Below, in pieces: positions 1-9,758 of a DNA stretch of 64,000 bases (the stretch's first letter is position 1; the number at the start of each line of letters is the position of its first letter). Source of the DNA: an uncultured Bacteroidales bacterium (GTDB taxonomy: Bacteria > Bacteroidota > Bacteroidia > Bacteroidales > FEN-979); contig CAISJJ010000129.1 in the NCBI GenBank assembly GCA_903885595.1, forward strand, positions 424-64,423, given 5' to 3'. A program made the position numbers and the translations under genes. The notes below the pieces were generated by a model that did no database searches, had not been told where the DNA came from, and saw nothing but the letters and a program-made list of their open reading frames with translations.

Positions 1-1115
1 GAAACCATGGTAAATGTCTCATTGTGAAAATCACAGGCAGCTGTATAGTTATTTCCGATTTCACCATAAGTGAAAAAACCGATCAGAGGTTTTGCCCAAT
101 TTTGCCAGGCTTCATTAATTTCTTCAGAAATGGTTGGCCCCAAAGCATTGTGTCGGGCCATACATGAAAACAGGATGAGCATATCAGTCTCGCTGTTAAG
201 GAGGTAGAATTCATTGACTTTTTGCCGGGTATCCTCGATTATCTCGAACCCGGGAGAACTTGAGAATGTCACGACAGCTCCATTGGGAACAGTTCCTGCA
301 AAAATCAGAGATTTTTTAGTTGTATCCACATTGATCACTGCTCGTAATACATCCTGGGAATCAGGTTTTTTTATCAGTAAAGGGTATTCAACTCCGATTT
401 CAGGTAGGTCGGTGTCGCGTACATTCAAATAATCCTTATAAACATCAAGTGCGGGTTGACCATCGATGGTATACACAATATTTCCTTCCGAATGGGTAAT
501 GATTTTGTCGGCACCTATACTAACCCATCCGCTGGTAGCAATCCCATTGATTTCATAAAGGTCAGTGTTCAGGACCATGGCAATAGCACCATTGTTCGCG
601 AGGGTTTTTCCGGAGAATACAAACGTCTCCTTAAAACGGGCATCATCGCCTGCTAAACCGCCAAACATCCTGATCGCATTTCCGGTATGATGTTGGATCC
701 CTTTAACAAGTTGCTCTCCGTCGGTTTCAAGCCCACTGCCAAGAACGAGGATTGCGGGCTTTTTAAAAACATCTCCGGCCCATTCACCAATACTGTTTCC
801 CAAATTGAATGATGATTTTCCATTGCCATTGAACAGTTTAATTTCAAAGCTGCCGGGAATTAATGTCATCATCAGGCAAACCAACCCACCCTCTGTGATG
901 ACCTGATCCTGGCCGTCATACAGAAATTCGCCACAGGAACTGCAACCGAACACGCTGACATTCATCGTTTCGAGAAAAGAGACCAGTTCCTGAAGGTCCA
1001 GATCAACTGATGAAAAAATGACTGCAGCATTTGGATAAAAACCATCGTCTGTATTTTTACTCCATGCTTGCCTGAAACCTTTGACGGAATCAGTGTGGAT
1101 TGTTTTAATAATCAT
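1..1115 (-). CDS. FIST N/C-domain sensory protein, 3' end runs off the window
   Basis: Manual translation from ATG 1115: MIIKTIHTDS...VFGCSSCGEF...MFGGLAGDDARF...LRAVINVD...LILFSCMARHNALG...LIGFFTYGEIG...FHNETFTMV. These are typical FIST motifs. The ORF is missing from the ORF track because it has no stop inside the window. Confidence 0.88.
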   Translation of the reverse strand, partial: MIIKTIHTDSVKGFRQAWSKNTDDGFYPNAAVIFSSVDLDLQELVSFLETMNVSVFGCSSCGEFLYDGQDQVITEGGLVCLMMTLIPGSFEIKLFNGNGKSSFNLGNSIGEWAGDVFKKPAILVLGSGLETDGEQLVKGIQHHTGNAIRMFGGLAGDDARFKETFVFSGKTLANNGAIAMVLNTDLYEINGIATSGWVSIGADKIITHSEGNIVYTIDGQPALDVYKDYLNVRDTDLPEIGVEYPLLIKKPDSQDVLRAVINVDTTKKSLIFAGTVPNGAVVTFSSSPGFEIIEDTRQKVNEFYLLNSETDMLILFSCMARHNALGPTISEEINEAWQNWAKPLIGFFTYGEIGNNYTAACDFHNETFTMV

Positions 1116-1248
1116 ACGGGTATGTTTAAGGTCGGGTAACTTTGAACAAATATACAACTTTCAACAAATTGATCAATTGTTTTCAAATGTGACACCCGGG
1201 ATGCAGAATATAGCTATTTTTGTAAATGTTAAGTTAATCAGACTATTT

Positions 1249-3624
1249 ATGAAGAATGTAATTTATCCGCTGTTCCTTTTGGTTTTTTTTGTTCAAATTG
1301 CAGCAGCTCAGAATTCACGGTTGATCCCCAAAACTGACCAACCTGTTTATTTTGATATTTCCCCTCCGCTGAGGGATATGGTCAAAATGTTACCCGAGCA
1401 ATATGATGGAAGCTGGAAAGAGACTGTCGTGAAAAATTTCTTTGACCTTAATGGGGAACAGCAGCGTGGACCTTTCATCAACGATCCGGGATTACAGAAT
1501 CATAATGGCTGGCTACCTGCCGATACAACGATTCAGAATTTTGAGGGAATGGGAAACATCAGTGGTTATATTCCGCCTGATACACACGGTGAAGCAGGAT
1601 TGGATCATTTTTTTCAGACTGTAAATTGTTCATATTCAATATACAACAAGAGTGGTGGAAAGATCCTGGGACCCTTTGCCAATAGTTCTGTCTGGCATGG
1701 GATGCCTAATAATGCAAACAGCGGTGATGCAATTGTCATTTATGATGAGCAGGCAAACCGATGGTTTTTTTCTCAGTTCTCGCTTCCAAATGGTTCATCC
1801 ACAGCCCCTTTTTATCAAATGATCGCAGTGTCTCAAACCCCTGATCCAACTGGCAGTTGGTACAGGTACCAGTATGAATTCTCTGATATGCCCGACTATC
1901 CCAAGTTTGGGGTTTGGCCTGATGCCTATTACATGTCGGCAAATCTTTTTTCAGGAGGAGCCGGTTGGGTCGGCAATGGAGCATATTGTTTTGACCGTGC
2001 AGCGATGCTTTCGGGAAGCCCCGATGCTTTGCGTGTTTCTTTTACCCTTCAACCAGGGGAGGAGGGGTTTATTACCCTTTTACCCGCTGATTGCGATGGA
2101 ACTTTTCCGGTTTATGGAACCCCGAATTATTTTACATATATCCGAACCAACGACAACCAGCGGCTGGGCGTGTTTGAATTTCAGGTTGATTGGGGAACTC
2201 CGGCTAATTCGAGTTTTGGAAATTTACTTTATCTGGATGTCAATCCATTTGGCACACTTGGTGGCTGGGGGGGTGGGATTCCCCAGAAGGATTCGCCGCA
2301 ATTGCTGGAAACGCTCTCTGACCGCCTGATGTACCGGCTTCAGTACAGGAAATTCAACGAATATGCATCCATGGTGCTAAATCATACGGTTGAAGCTGAT
2401 TTGGGTGTTGCTGGGGTAAGGTGGTATGAATTGCGAAAGGCAAATGAAGCCTGGAGTATATACCAGCAGTCGACCTATGCTCCGGCCGACGGCAACTACC
2501 GCTGGATGGGAAGCATTGCGCAGGATACCGCCGGCACTATTGCACTTGGCTATTCGGTCTCCGGTACCAATCTCTATCCGGGTATCCGATACACCGGAAG
2601 GTTAAAAACGGACCCGCTTAACCAGATGACCATCATGGAAAAAGCGATTATTGACGGCGGAGGTTCACAAACCGGCAATTGGAGTGGCCGTAGCCGCTGG
2701 GGTGATTACAGTGCCATGAGCGTTGATCCTTCAGCCCCGACAACCTTTTGGTATACAACAGAGTATTATGCATCGACCTCCTCAAGCAGCTGGCAAACAC
2801 GCATTGCCTCTTTTACTTTTGATAATGTTTTTTCTTCGGCAGTTTCATCCTTCCCTTCCCGTTTATGCTCAACAAGCACCGACTCCTCTCAACTCAACGC
2901 CTATGGCTATGGAGGATCAGGAACTTACACCTATACCTGGACTTCCATTCCGGAAGGATTTTATTCTGCTGTACCTAGCCCGAAGGTCAAGCCGCAGGAG
3001 ACAACCATATATATTGTAGCAATAAGCGATGGGAGTCAAACCAGGATCGACACTACCGAAGTCTCCATCGTCATGAACCTGGAAGCATCTGCCGGAAATG
3101 ACACCATCGTATGCTGGTATACATCACCCGTTCCCCTGTATGCCACGGCAACAAATTATAGCCGAATAGCATGGGGTACAGCAGGCGACGGATATTTTTC
3201 CAATGCATCTTCGCTGGTAACTGATTATTTCCCAGGGATGCAGGATAAAACAACTGGTTCTGTCAACCTGATATTGCTTGCTATACCCATAGCCCCTTGT
3301 GCTTCCAATTCCTTTAGCCCCAAGCATATTATTCTTGATCCCTGCACCGGCATTTCAGAACCTGATGCCGGTATCGTAAAAATCACCATTCAACCAAATC
3401 CGGCCCACGGGCAGGTTATGATCACGGTGAACGGACTAAAATGCAATGCTTCGCTCAAAATAAAAGGGATAGATAGCCAGACTATTTATTCGGATAATGT
3501 TGATCCGGCAGGAAAACAGGTTGTGACGAAGCAATTGGATGTAACAGGATACCCATCAGGATTGTATCTGTTACAATTGAACTGCGACGGTCAGATTACC
3601 ACATCCCGCTTTATTGTTCAATAA
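1249..3624 (+). CDS. Secreted T9SS type A sorting-domain protein of unknown function
   Basis: Signal peptide MKNVIYPLFLLVFFVQIAAAQ (start 1249 preferred over TTG 1081). C-terminal QPNPAHGQV...SGLYLLQL...SRFIVQ sorting domain. The core has PPD, YDEQANRW, DYPKFGVWPDAYY and RWGDY motifs. Confidence 0.85.
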   Translation: MKNVIYPLFLLVFFVQIAAAQNSRLIPKTDQPVYFDISPPLRDMVKMLPEQYDGSWKETVVKNFFDLNGEQQRGPFINDPGLQNHNGWLPADTTIQNFEGMGNISGYIPPDTHGEAGLDHFFQTVNCSYSIYNKSGGKILGPFANSSVWHGMPNNANSGDAIVIYDEQANRWFFSQFSLPNGSSTAPFYQMIAVSQTPDPTGSWYRYQYEFSDMPDYPKFGVWPDAYYMSANLFSGGAGWVGNGAYCFDRAAMLSGSPDALRVSFTLQPGEEGFITLLPADCDGTFPVYGTPNYFTYIRTNDNQRLGVFEFQVDWGTPANSSFGNLLYLDVNPFGTLGGWGGGIPQKDSPQLLETLSDRLMYRLQYRKFNEYASMVLNHTVEADLGVAGVRWYELRKANEAWSIYQQSTYAPADGNYRWMGSIAQDTAGTIALGYSVSGTNLYPGIRYTGRLKTDPLNQMTIMEKAIIDGGGSQTGNWSGRSRWGDYSAMSVDPSAPTTFWYTTEYYASTSSSSWQTRIASFTFDNVFSSAVSSFPSRLCSTSTDSSQLNAYGYGGSGTYTYTWTSIPEGFYSAVPSPKVKPQETTIYIVAISDGSQTRIDTTEVSIVMNLEASAGNDTIVCWYTSPVPLYATATNYSRIAWGTAGDGYFSNASSLVTDYFPGMQDKTTGSVNLILLAIPIAPCASNSFSPKHIILDPCTGISEPDAGIVKITIQPNPAHGQVMITVNGLKCNASLKIKGIDSQTIYSDNVDPAGKQVVTKQLDVTGYPSGLYLLQLNCDGQITTSRFIVQ

Positions 3625-3860
3625 ACCGGTTTGACGGGCGTGCCCGGCATGTATTTAAGGAAAATATTCCTGAAGCTTTCTTATGGATGATGTATCCTGT
3701 TGCCGACTGGATAAACGCTGCATTGAAATGTTTACCTCTTAGAATGCTTCAAAATGATCTGTAAGGTAAATTGACATTTAATTTTTCAACAAATGGTTCC
3801 CATTCCAAATATTTATTACATTTAGATCGCAAAAAATCAATCACTGTTAATTGATTAACA

Positions 3861-4631
3861 ATGGAATATAATATCCTGAAAATCCAAATTGCTGACCGTA
3901 TTGCCATCGTGACCATCAGCCGTCCTGCTGCACTGAATGCGCTGAATACGAATTTTTTTCAAGAGCTGAATCACTTTATTGATGATATTGAGCCACGGGA
4001 TGATGTCAAGGTTTTAATCATTACCGGTGAAGGAAAATCCTTTGTAGCTGGTGCCGATATTGCCGAAATGGCGAACATGAGCGCTGACGAAGGGTACGCT
4101 TTTTCAACCTATGGTCAGCGTACTTTCGACAGGCTTGAGCATCTTCATATTCCTGTTATAGCTGCTGTGAACGGGTATGCGCTAGGCGGTGGATGTGAAC
4201 TGGCCATGGCCTGTGATTTTCGAATTGCCAGTAAACTGGCAAAGTTTGGGCAGCCCGAGATGAACCTGGGTATGATTCCAGGGTACGCTGCAACACAAAG
4301 ATTGTCAAGGCTAACAGGCCTTGGGAATGCGCTCTGGCTCATTTTGACGGCGGAGACTATTTCGGCTGATGATGCATTGCGGATTGGTCTTGTGCAAAAA
4401 GTGACTGAGGCGGAATCTCTTCTGGATGAGGTGATGAAGCTGGCGTCAAAGATAGCAGGCAATGGATCTGAGGCGGTTACTGTTTCGAAAAAAGTGATAC
4501 GTGACGGCTTCTCCATGGATTTCAAGCAGGCCTCTGAATTGGAAGCAGCCGAATTTGGAAAACAATTTGACCGCGAACCAACCAAAGAGGGGATGAGAGC
4601 TTTCCTTGAGAAACGCAAACCAAACTGGTAA
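3861..4631 (+). CDS. Enoyl-CoA hydratase (crotonase)
   Basis: FVAGADI, NGYALGGGCELAMACDFR, FGQPEMNLGMIPG motifs; both catalytic Glu present. Confidence 0.95.
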   Translation: MEYNILKIQIADRIAIVTISRPAALNALNTNFFQELNHFIDDIEPRDDVKVLIITGEGKSFVAGADIAEMANMSADEGYAFSTYGQRTFDRLEHLHIPVIAAVNGYALGGGCELAMACDFRIASKLAKFGQPEMNLGMIPGYAATQRLSRLTGLGNALWLILTAETISADDALRIGLVQKVTEAESLLDEVMKLASKIAGNGSEAVTVSKKVIRDGFSMDFKQASELEAAEFGKQFDREPTKEGMRAFLEKRKPNW

Positions 4632-4637
4632 TAATAA

Positions 4638-4830
4638 TTTGAAAATTTGAAGATGTGAAGATGTGAAGATTTGGAAATGAGGTAATTATAGCAACAGATG
4701 CTGAGAATACCGTGATAATTATTAGTAGCGCTGGTTTTGATCTTTAATCTGTGGTTTTGATCTTTGATCTTTGAGTTTTGATTTTCATTTTTGGTTTTGA
4801 TTTTTGATTTTTAAGTTGTGGTTTTGCATT
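4638..4830. repeat. Intergenic 8-mer (TTTGAAGA/TGTGAAGA) array followed by TTTTGAT/TCTTTGA arrays
   Basis: 4638-4679 reads TTTGAAAA TTTGAAGA TGTGAAGA TGTGAAGA TTTGGAAA; 4733-4828 carries repeated GGTTTTGATCTTTGA / TTTTGAT units. Confidence 0.85.
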
Positions 4831-4873
4831 TTGCAATTATTTCACAGAGATAAACCCCAAATAAGAAAAAAAT

Positions 4874-6211
4874 ATGTCTTACGAAGAACGATTACAACAT
4901 GTTTCGGTATTGGGCGCCGCAGGGAAAATGGGAAGCGGTATTTTGCTGCTTACCGCGGTTGAAATGGCCGACATTAGCCTGAAGCCTGAAAATAAAGGAA
5001 AACCCTTTGTTCTGAATGCCATCGATGTTTCGGATGAAGCCCTGTCGGGGGTGATGAAATATTTAAAGGCCCAGGTTCTCAAAATGGCAGAGAAAAAGAT
5101 GGTAGGATTGCGGAAGGTCTATGCTGATCGTTCCGACCTGATCGACAATGATGAGATCATAGATCAGTACATTTTTGATGTCCTGACCCTTGTTCGACCA
5201 TCCACCAGGATAGAGGCGGCTTATGATTCGAAAATGATATTTGAGGCCATAAAAGAAGATCCTTCGTTAAAAAGCAGCATTTTTTCCAGGATCTCAGCCA
5301 ATAATCCTCATCAACCCTGGTTTTTTACCAACACCTCCTCCATCCCAATATCGAAGCTCGATGAGGATGCCGGTCTTGCCGGACGGATCATCGGGTTTCA
5401 TTTCTACAATCCGCCTGCCGTACAAAAGCTGGTCGAGATCATACGGGCTGAACATACCCTTCAGGAGGTGGAGGCATTTGCACAACAATATGCAAAAAAT
5501 CTGCGCAAGGTGGTAGTTCCTTCGCATGACAAAGCTGGCTTTATTGGCAATGGTCATTTTATGCGCGATATCCTGCATGCGGCCGGCGAAGTTGATAAGC
5601 TAAGCAAGGATTTCACCTTTGTTGAGGCGGTTTATGCTTTGAATAAAATCAGCCAGGATTACCTGGTTCGACCGATGGGAATTTTCCAGTTGATCGATTA
5701 TGTAGGCGTTGACGTTTGCAGTTTCATCATGTCGGTGATGAATCCGTACCTGCCTGGCGAAGAGCTGCACAGTCCGCTTCTCGACAAACTTCTTTCACTT
5801 GGGGTTAAGGGAGGTCAGTTTTCCGATGGTTCCCAGAAAGATGGCATTCTGAAGTATGAAAAGGGCCGGCCGGTTGCAATTTTCGATCCTGAAAAAAACA
5901 GCTATGTTGCGATCTCTGATTTCCAACCAAAGGTGGACGAAAAACTTGGCCCGATGCCTGTTCCTCCTGCCTGGAAGGCTGTTGTTGGCAGCAAAACAAA
6001 AGATGAACTGCTTCGCGGATATTTTGATCAGCTTAAATCGGCCTCAGGCCTTGGTGCAGGCCTGGCAAAAGATTATGCCAACCGTTCCTGTGCAATCGGA
6101 CTGCAACTTGTTACTTCCGGGGTTGCCTTCAACGAAAACGATGTAAATACCGTCCTGCTGACGGGTTTTTTCCATGCATATGGTCCTGTTAACAATTACC
6201 TGAATTCATAA
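4874..6211 (+). CDS. 3-hydroxyacyl-CoA dehydrogenase family protein
   Basis: Rossmann VLGAAGKMGSG, FEAIKE, TNTSSIPI, GFHFYNPP, GFIGN and MGIFQLIDYVGVD motifs. Confidence 0.92.
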   Translation: MSYEERLQHVSVLGAAGKMGSGILLLTAVEMADISLKPENKGKPFVLNAIDVSDEALSGVMKYLKAQVLKMAEKKMVGLRKVYADRSDLIDNDEIIDQYIFDVLTLVRPSTRIEAAYDSKMIFEAIKEDPSLKSSIFSRISANNPHQPWFFTNTSSIPISKLDEDAGLAGRIIGFHFYNPPAVQKLVEIIRAEHTLQEVEAFAQQYAKNLRKVVVPSHDKAGFIGNGHFMRDILHAAGEVDKLSKDFTFVEAVYALNKISQDYLVRPMGIFQLIDYVGVDVCSFIMSVMNPYLPGEELHSPLLDKLLSLGVKGGQFSDGSQKDGILKYEKGRPVAIFDPEKNSYVAISDFQPKVDEKLGPMPVPPAWKAVVGSKTKDELLRGYFDQLKSASGLGAGLAKDYANRSCAIGLQLVTSGVAFNENDVNTVLLTGFFHAYGPVNNYLNS

Positions 6212-6215
6212 ACTC

Positions 6216-7460
6216 ATGAAAAAGTTAAGACGCAAAGTATATATGGTGGCTGGGTATAATACCCTTTCAATGGGAACCGGCCGTAAGGAGTTCAGTCCAA
6301 AAAAGGAACGCCCCGGGTTGGAAGAATATATCAGGGAGGCTGGCCAGGGCACGCTGAGGTTGATCGGGGGTGCGCATCATGTGGATGAATGCGTGATCGG
6401 AAATTTCATGGCCTCACGTTTCAACAGGCAGGCCAACCTGGCTGCTTTTTTTCCTTATGTTGACGAAGGGTTACGCTATAAGCCGGCTATCAGGGTTGAA
6501 GGAGCTTGTGCAACCGGCGGGCTGGCGCTCATGAGTGGCATCAAAAGCGTACTGGCCGAAACGGCCGAGGTAGTACTTGTGATCGGCGTCGAGGTTCAGA
6601 ATACGGTAAAGGCCATCTATTGTGCTGATTATCTTGCCGGTGCAGGCTGGTTTAAGAACAGGAAAAACGGTCATGCCTATTTTTTCCCCGGGCAGTTCAG
6701 CGATCGTGCAGGGTCCTATTTCGAGAAATACGGAAGGGATAAAACCCGGCAGGCGCTTGCACGCTGGTTTCGCAATGCCATCGAAAATGCACGCCTTTGT
6801 CCTACGGCACAGGAGTATCATAACACAACAAAGGATCTTGATGCACTGGGGCTGACAGAACCCAATGGCCGGGCTTTTATCGATAATCTGAATGTGTTTG
6901 ATTGTTCCAAAGTATCTGATGGCGCTTCGGCTATTGCCATCGTTTCTGAAGAGGGATTAAAACGCTGTGGAATTCCTGCCGGAGAGGCGATTGAAGTAGT
7001 GGGATGGGGGCAGATAGAGGAGGACATTACCAAACCACCCATTGATCCCACAGAATTAAGTACAACAAAACAGGCTGTCAGGGAAGCCCTGTCTTCTGCC
7101 GGCATCACCCGTGAACAGATCGGGACAGCTGAAATTCACGATTGTTTCACTATTGCCGGTCTGATGTGTATGGAAGCCATTGGGTTTGCTGAAAAAGGCA
7201 AAGGCGCTGATTTTATTCTCGAAGGACATACATCCCGAACCGGGCGTGTTCCCGTCAACACAACGGGGGGGCTTATTGGGTGGGGACATCCCACGGGAGG
7301 CACCGGCGTTCACCAGGCGGTTACCATTCTGGAACAACTTACCGGCAAAGCCGGAGATGCCCAGGTTAACATTCCCGCCGATCGCCCATACGGCCTTACC
7401 GTGAATATGGGAGGGGACGATAAGTCGCTGGTTTCGATCGTGTATCGGAAAGGAAATTAA
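6216..7460 (+). CDS. Thiolase, SCP2-type
   Basis: RVEGACATGGLA nucleophile loop, EIHDCF, GHPTGGTG and C-terminal NMGGDD. Confidence 0.9.
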   Translation: MKKLRRKVYMVAGYNTLSMGTGRKEFSPKKERPGLEEYIREAGQGTLRLIGGAHHVDECVIGNFMASRFNRQANLAAFFPYVDEGLRYKPAIRVEGACATGGLALMSGIKSVLAETAEVVLVIGVEVQNTVKAIYCADYLAGAGWFKNRKNGHAYFFPGQFSDRAGSYFEKYGRDKTRQALARWFRNAIENARLCPTAQEYHNTTKDLDALGLTEPNGRAFIDNLNVFDCSKVSDGASAIAIVSEEGLKRCGIPAGEAIEVVGWGQIEEDITKPPIDPTELSTTKQAVREALSSAGITREQIGTAEIHDCFTIAGLMCMEAIGFAEKGKGADFILEGHTSRTGRVPVNTTGGLIGWGHPTGGTGVHQAVTILEQLTGKAGDAQVNIPADRPYGLTVNMGGDDKSLVSIVYRKGN

Positions 7461-7463
7461 TAC

Positions 7464-7607
7464 AAAACTCAAAATGCAAAATGCAAATGTTGAAATTGTA
7501 AAGAAGATTGGCCTTTGGAAAGCAAAGATTGAACAATATCTTTTTACGGGGCCTTACTAAGAATTGCTGTTTTGAACTTTGCATTTTTCACTTTGCAATT
7601 TGAATTT
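7464..7607. repeat. Inverted heptamer cassette (CAAAATG arm / TTTGCA-type arm)
   Basis: The left arm AAACTCAAAATGCAAAATGC matches the reverse complement of the right arm (AAATTCAAATTGCAAAGTGA) at 16/20 positions; spacer is about 65 nt. Confidence 0.8.
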
Positions 7608-7629
7608 ATTCAAACATCCATAATTCCCT

Positions 7630-8589
7630 TTGAAAAACCGGATAACCTCTCTCTTTGGCATTGATTTCCCAATCATCCAGGCCGGGATGATCTGGTGCAG
7701 TGGATGGCGGCTTGTTTCGGCTGTAAGTAATGCCGGCGGACTGGGATTACTTGGTGCGGGTTCAATGTCGCCAGGCTTGCTTAAAGAGCATATCGGAAAG
7801 TGTAAAGCAGCAACCAACAGGCCTTTTGGAGTTAACATCCCATTGCTTTATTCACTTGTTGATGAACAGTTCGATGTAATAATCCGTGAAGGAGTAAAGA
7901 TTGTTTTCACTTCAGCAGGGAATCCGGCAATCTGGACTTCCATATTGAAAACACATGGTATTACGGTTGTCCACGTAATCGCAAACGTTAAGTCGGCATT
8001 GAAATGCGAACAATCAGGCGTGGATGCCATTGTTGCTGAAGGGTTTGAGGCCGGCGGCCACAATGGTAAGGAAGAGACCACTACTTTAACGCTGATTCCG
8101 TTGATAAAGAAAGCTACCGCGTTGCCTCTGATCGCTGCCGGTGGTATCGCAAGCGGTCGAAGCATGCTGGCTGCATTTGCTCTTGGCGCCGAAGGGGTTC
8201 AGATAGGCAGCCGTTTTATTGCATCTGAAGAATCATCTGCACATCCCGCTTTCAAACAAAGGATTCTGGAAACCGGTGATGGCGGTACATCCCTGGCATT
8301 GAAAAAGGTTGTTCCTGTTCGACTGATCAGGAATTCTTTCTTTCAAAAGGTTCACCAACTGGAAGATTCCGGCGCTACTGCAGAAGAACTTAAAGAATTG
8401 CTTGGCAAGGGCCGGGCAAAACTCGGCATGTTCGATGGAAATTCAGAGGATGGTGAACTTGAAATCGGACAGGTTGCTGCATTAATCAGTCACATTCAGC
8501 CAGCAGGGGAAATCATCAGCGAAATTGTTGGTGAATTTGAAACAGCTAGAAAAGAACTCCTTGAATATCGAATATCGAATGTTGAATGA
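7630..8589 (+). CDS. FabK / nitronate monooxygenase family flavoprotein (enoyl reductase-like)
   Basis: PIIQAGM, GGLGLLGAG, VAEGFEAGGH, IAAGGIASG and GVQIGSRF motifs; TTG start. Confidence 0.9.
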   Translation: MKNRITSLFGIDFPIIQAGMIWCSGWRLVSAVSNAGGLGLLGAGSMSPGLLKEHIGKCKAATNRPFGVNIPLLYSLVDEQFDVIIREGVKIVFTSAGNPAIWTSILKTHGITVVHVIANVKSALKCEQSGVDAIVAEGFEAGGHNGKEETTTLTLIPLIKKATALPLIAAGGIASGRSMLAAFALGAEGVQIGSRFIASEESSAHPAFKQRILETGDGGTSLALKKVVPVRLIRNSFFQKVHQLEDSGATAEELKELLGKGRAKLGMFDGNSEDGELEIGQVAALISHIQPAGEIISEIVGEFETARKELLEYRISNVE

Positions 8590-8602
8590 TGAATGTCGAA
8601 GT
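8563..8602 (+). repeat. GAATRTC heptamer arm overlapping the 3' end of the FabK-like gene
   Basis: GAATATC GAATATC GAATGTT GAATGAT GAATGTC GAAGT; it encodes the last residues EYRISNVE and the TGA stop. Confidence 0.9.
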
Positions 8603-8721
8603 TTTTCTGCATCCGGATTTACTCAGTTTTGGTCATTTTCCAAATGGCACGCGGAAAAACAAATTCTTCAGACAGCAGAAATATCAGTAATTCCTTTGAA
8701 ACATAACTCAGGCAAATGTGT

Positions 8722-8729
8722 TATATTTG
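8722..8729 (+). promoter_or_regulatory. Putative Bacteroidota -7 promoter box
   Basis: TATATTTG about 20 nt upstream of ATG 8750, with TTTG at 8695-8698. Confidence 0.45.
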
Positions 8730-8749
8730 TTGAACCAATATTTTGTCCT

Positions 8750-9427
8750 ATGAAAAAGATGATTTTAGTCCTTTTCCTGGTTTTATGTCAGGCTATTTCG
8801 CTGATGTCCCAGGATGAACCCGTTGTCAAGTCTGATGCAACAAATGATGACGGAGAAATAAAAACCCTATTCAGGAAATCGGATCACCCGGTAAAAGTCG
8901 GCTATTATATCGGCCCTGAAGCGGCTTACACACAATTCAAGGGCAAGGATGTTTTCCTGGGAGGCCTTAGTTTTGGCGTCATCCTCAACCATTTCTTCTC
9001 GGTTGGGCTTGCAGGTTATGGTATCGTGAACTCAGGAAACCTTTGGTACGACGATGTTGACGTTATAACCCATCAGGGAGCTTACCTTTACGGAGGTTAT
9101 GGTGGTGTGAAATTTGAATTCAGGGTATTCCCAACTTCACCAGTACATCTTAATTTTCCGATTCTGATAGGCGGAGGAGGCTTGGTTTACAATAGTTGGT
9201 CATACCGTGGAAATGATTATAACTATAACGATGGCTATACCCTTGATTCAGATGGTTTTTTTGTGGTAGAACCAGGTGTGTTAATAGAGCTGAACCTTCT
9301 GAAATTTATGCGTATTGATGCCGGGATTTCTTATCGTTATACCCCCAACCTGGATCTGATCAATACCAGCACAGGCCTGATTAACAACTTCAATGCAAAT
9401 TTATCCCTGAAATTCGGGAAGTTTTAA
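8750..9427 (+). CDS. Outer-membrane beta-barrel-like hypothetical protein
   Basis: Signal peptide MKKMILVLFLVLCQAISLMSQ, alternating hydrophobic beta-strands, terminal Phe (LSLKFGKF). Start 8750 is preferred over TTG 8525. Confidence 0.7.
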   Translation: MKKMILVLFLVLCQAISLMSQDEPVVKSDATNDDGEIKTLFRKSDHPVKVGYYIGPEAAYTQFKGKDVFLGGLSFGVILNHFFSVGLAGYGIVNSGNLWYDDVDVITHQGAYLYGGYGGVKFEFRVFPTSPVHLNFPILIGGGGLVYNSWSYRGNDYNYNDGYTLDSDGFFVVEPGVLIELNLLKFMRIDAGISYRYTPNLDLINTSTGLINNFNANLSLKFGKF

Positions 9428-9758
9428 AGAAACAGGATTTTCGGTATTTGAAACAGCCGGTCTTTAACTTCATCCTGTTGCGTGGCATTTGAGTATGACG
9501 GTGCCGGTATTGATACTTCATTATAGCGAATGCAATACCCTGGCCATATCAGGTGAAATCCTCCAATGATCTCTTTCTTTTCTCTTCGTTAATTGGTTTT
9601 TTTTCAAGTCATTTTACCCAATTTGACTATTTTTGTTTTTCAAACCACCTTGAAAATATTTATTATTTTTCAGAATGAATTTTTCATAATTCAGAGAAGT
9701 TTTTTTCTTGGTCAAGGTAAAATGATTTTTACAAAATAAAATTAAACCGGGACATCAC

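Noticed and set aside
780-850. Suspected frameshift in the FIST gene, because the track shows only a 64-aa ORF there
   Set aside because: Manual translation gives one continuous frame from 1115 to the window edge; the track ORF is in another frame.
1081-1248. N-terminal 56-aa extension of the T9SS protein from TTG 1081
   Set aside because: It overlaps the divergent FIST start (1115); the signal peptide begins at ATG 1249.
9425-9590. IGGFHL motif (MBL-fold-like) on the minus strand of the intergenic region
   Set aside because: There is a stop seven codons upstream, no start codon and no other MBL motif; chance match.
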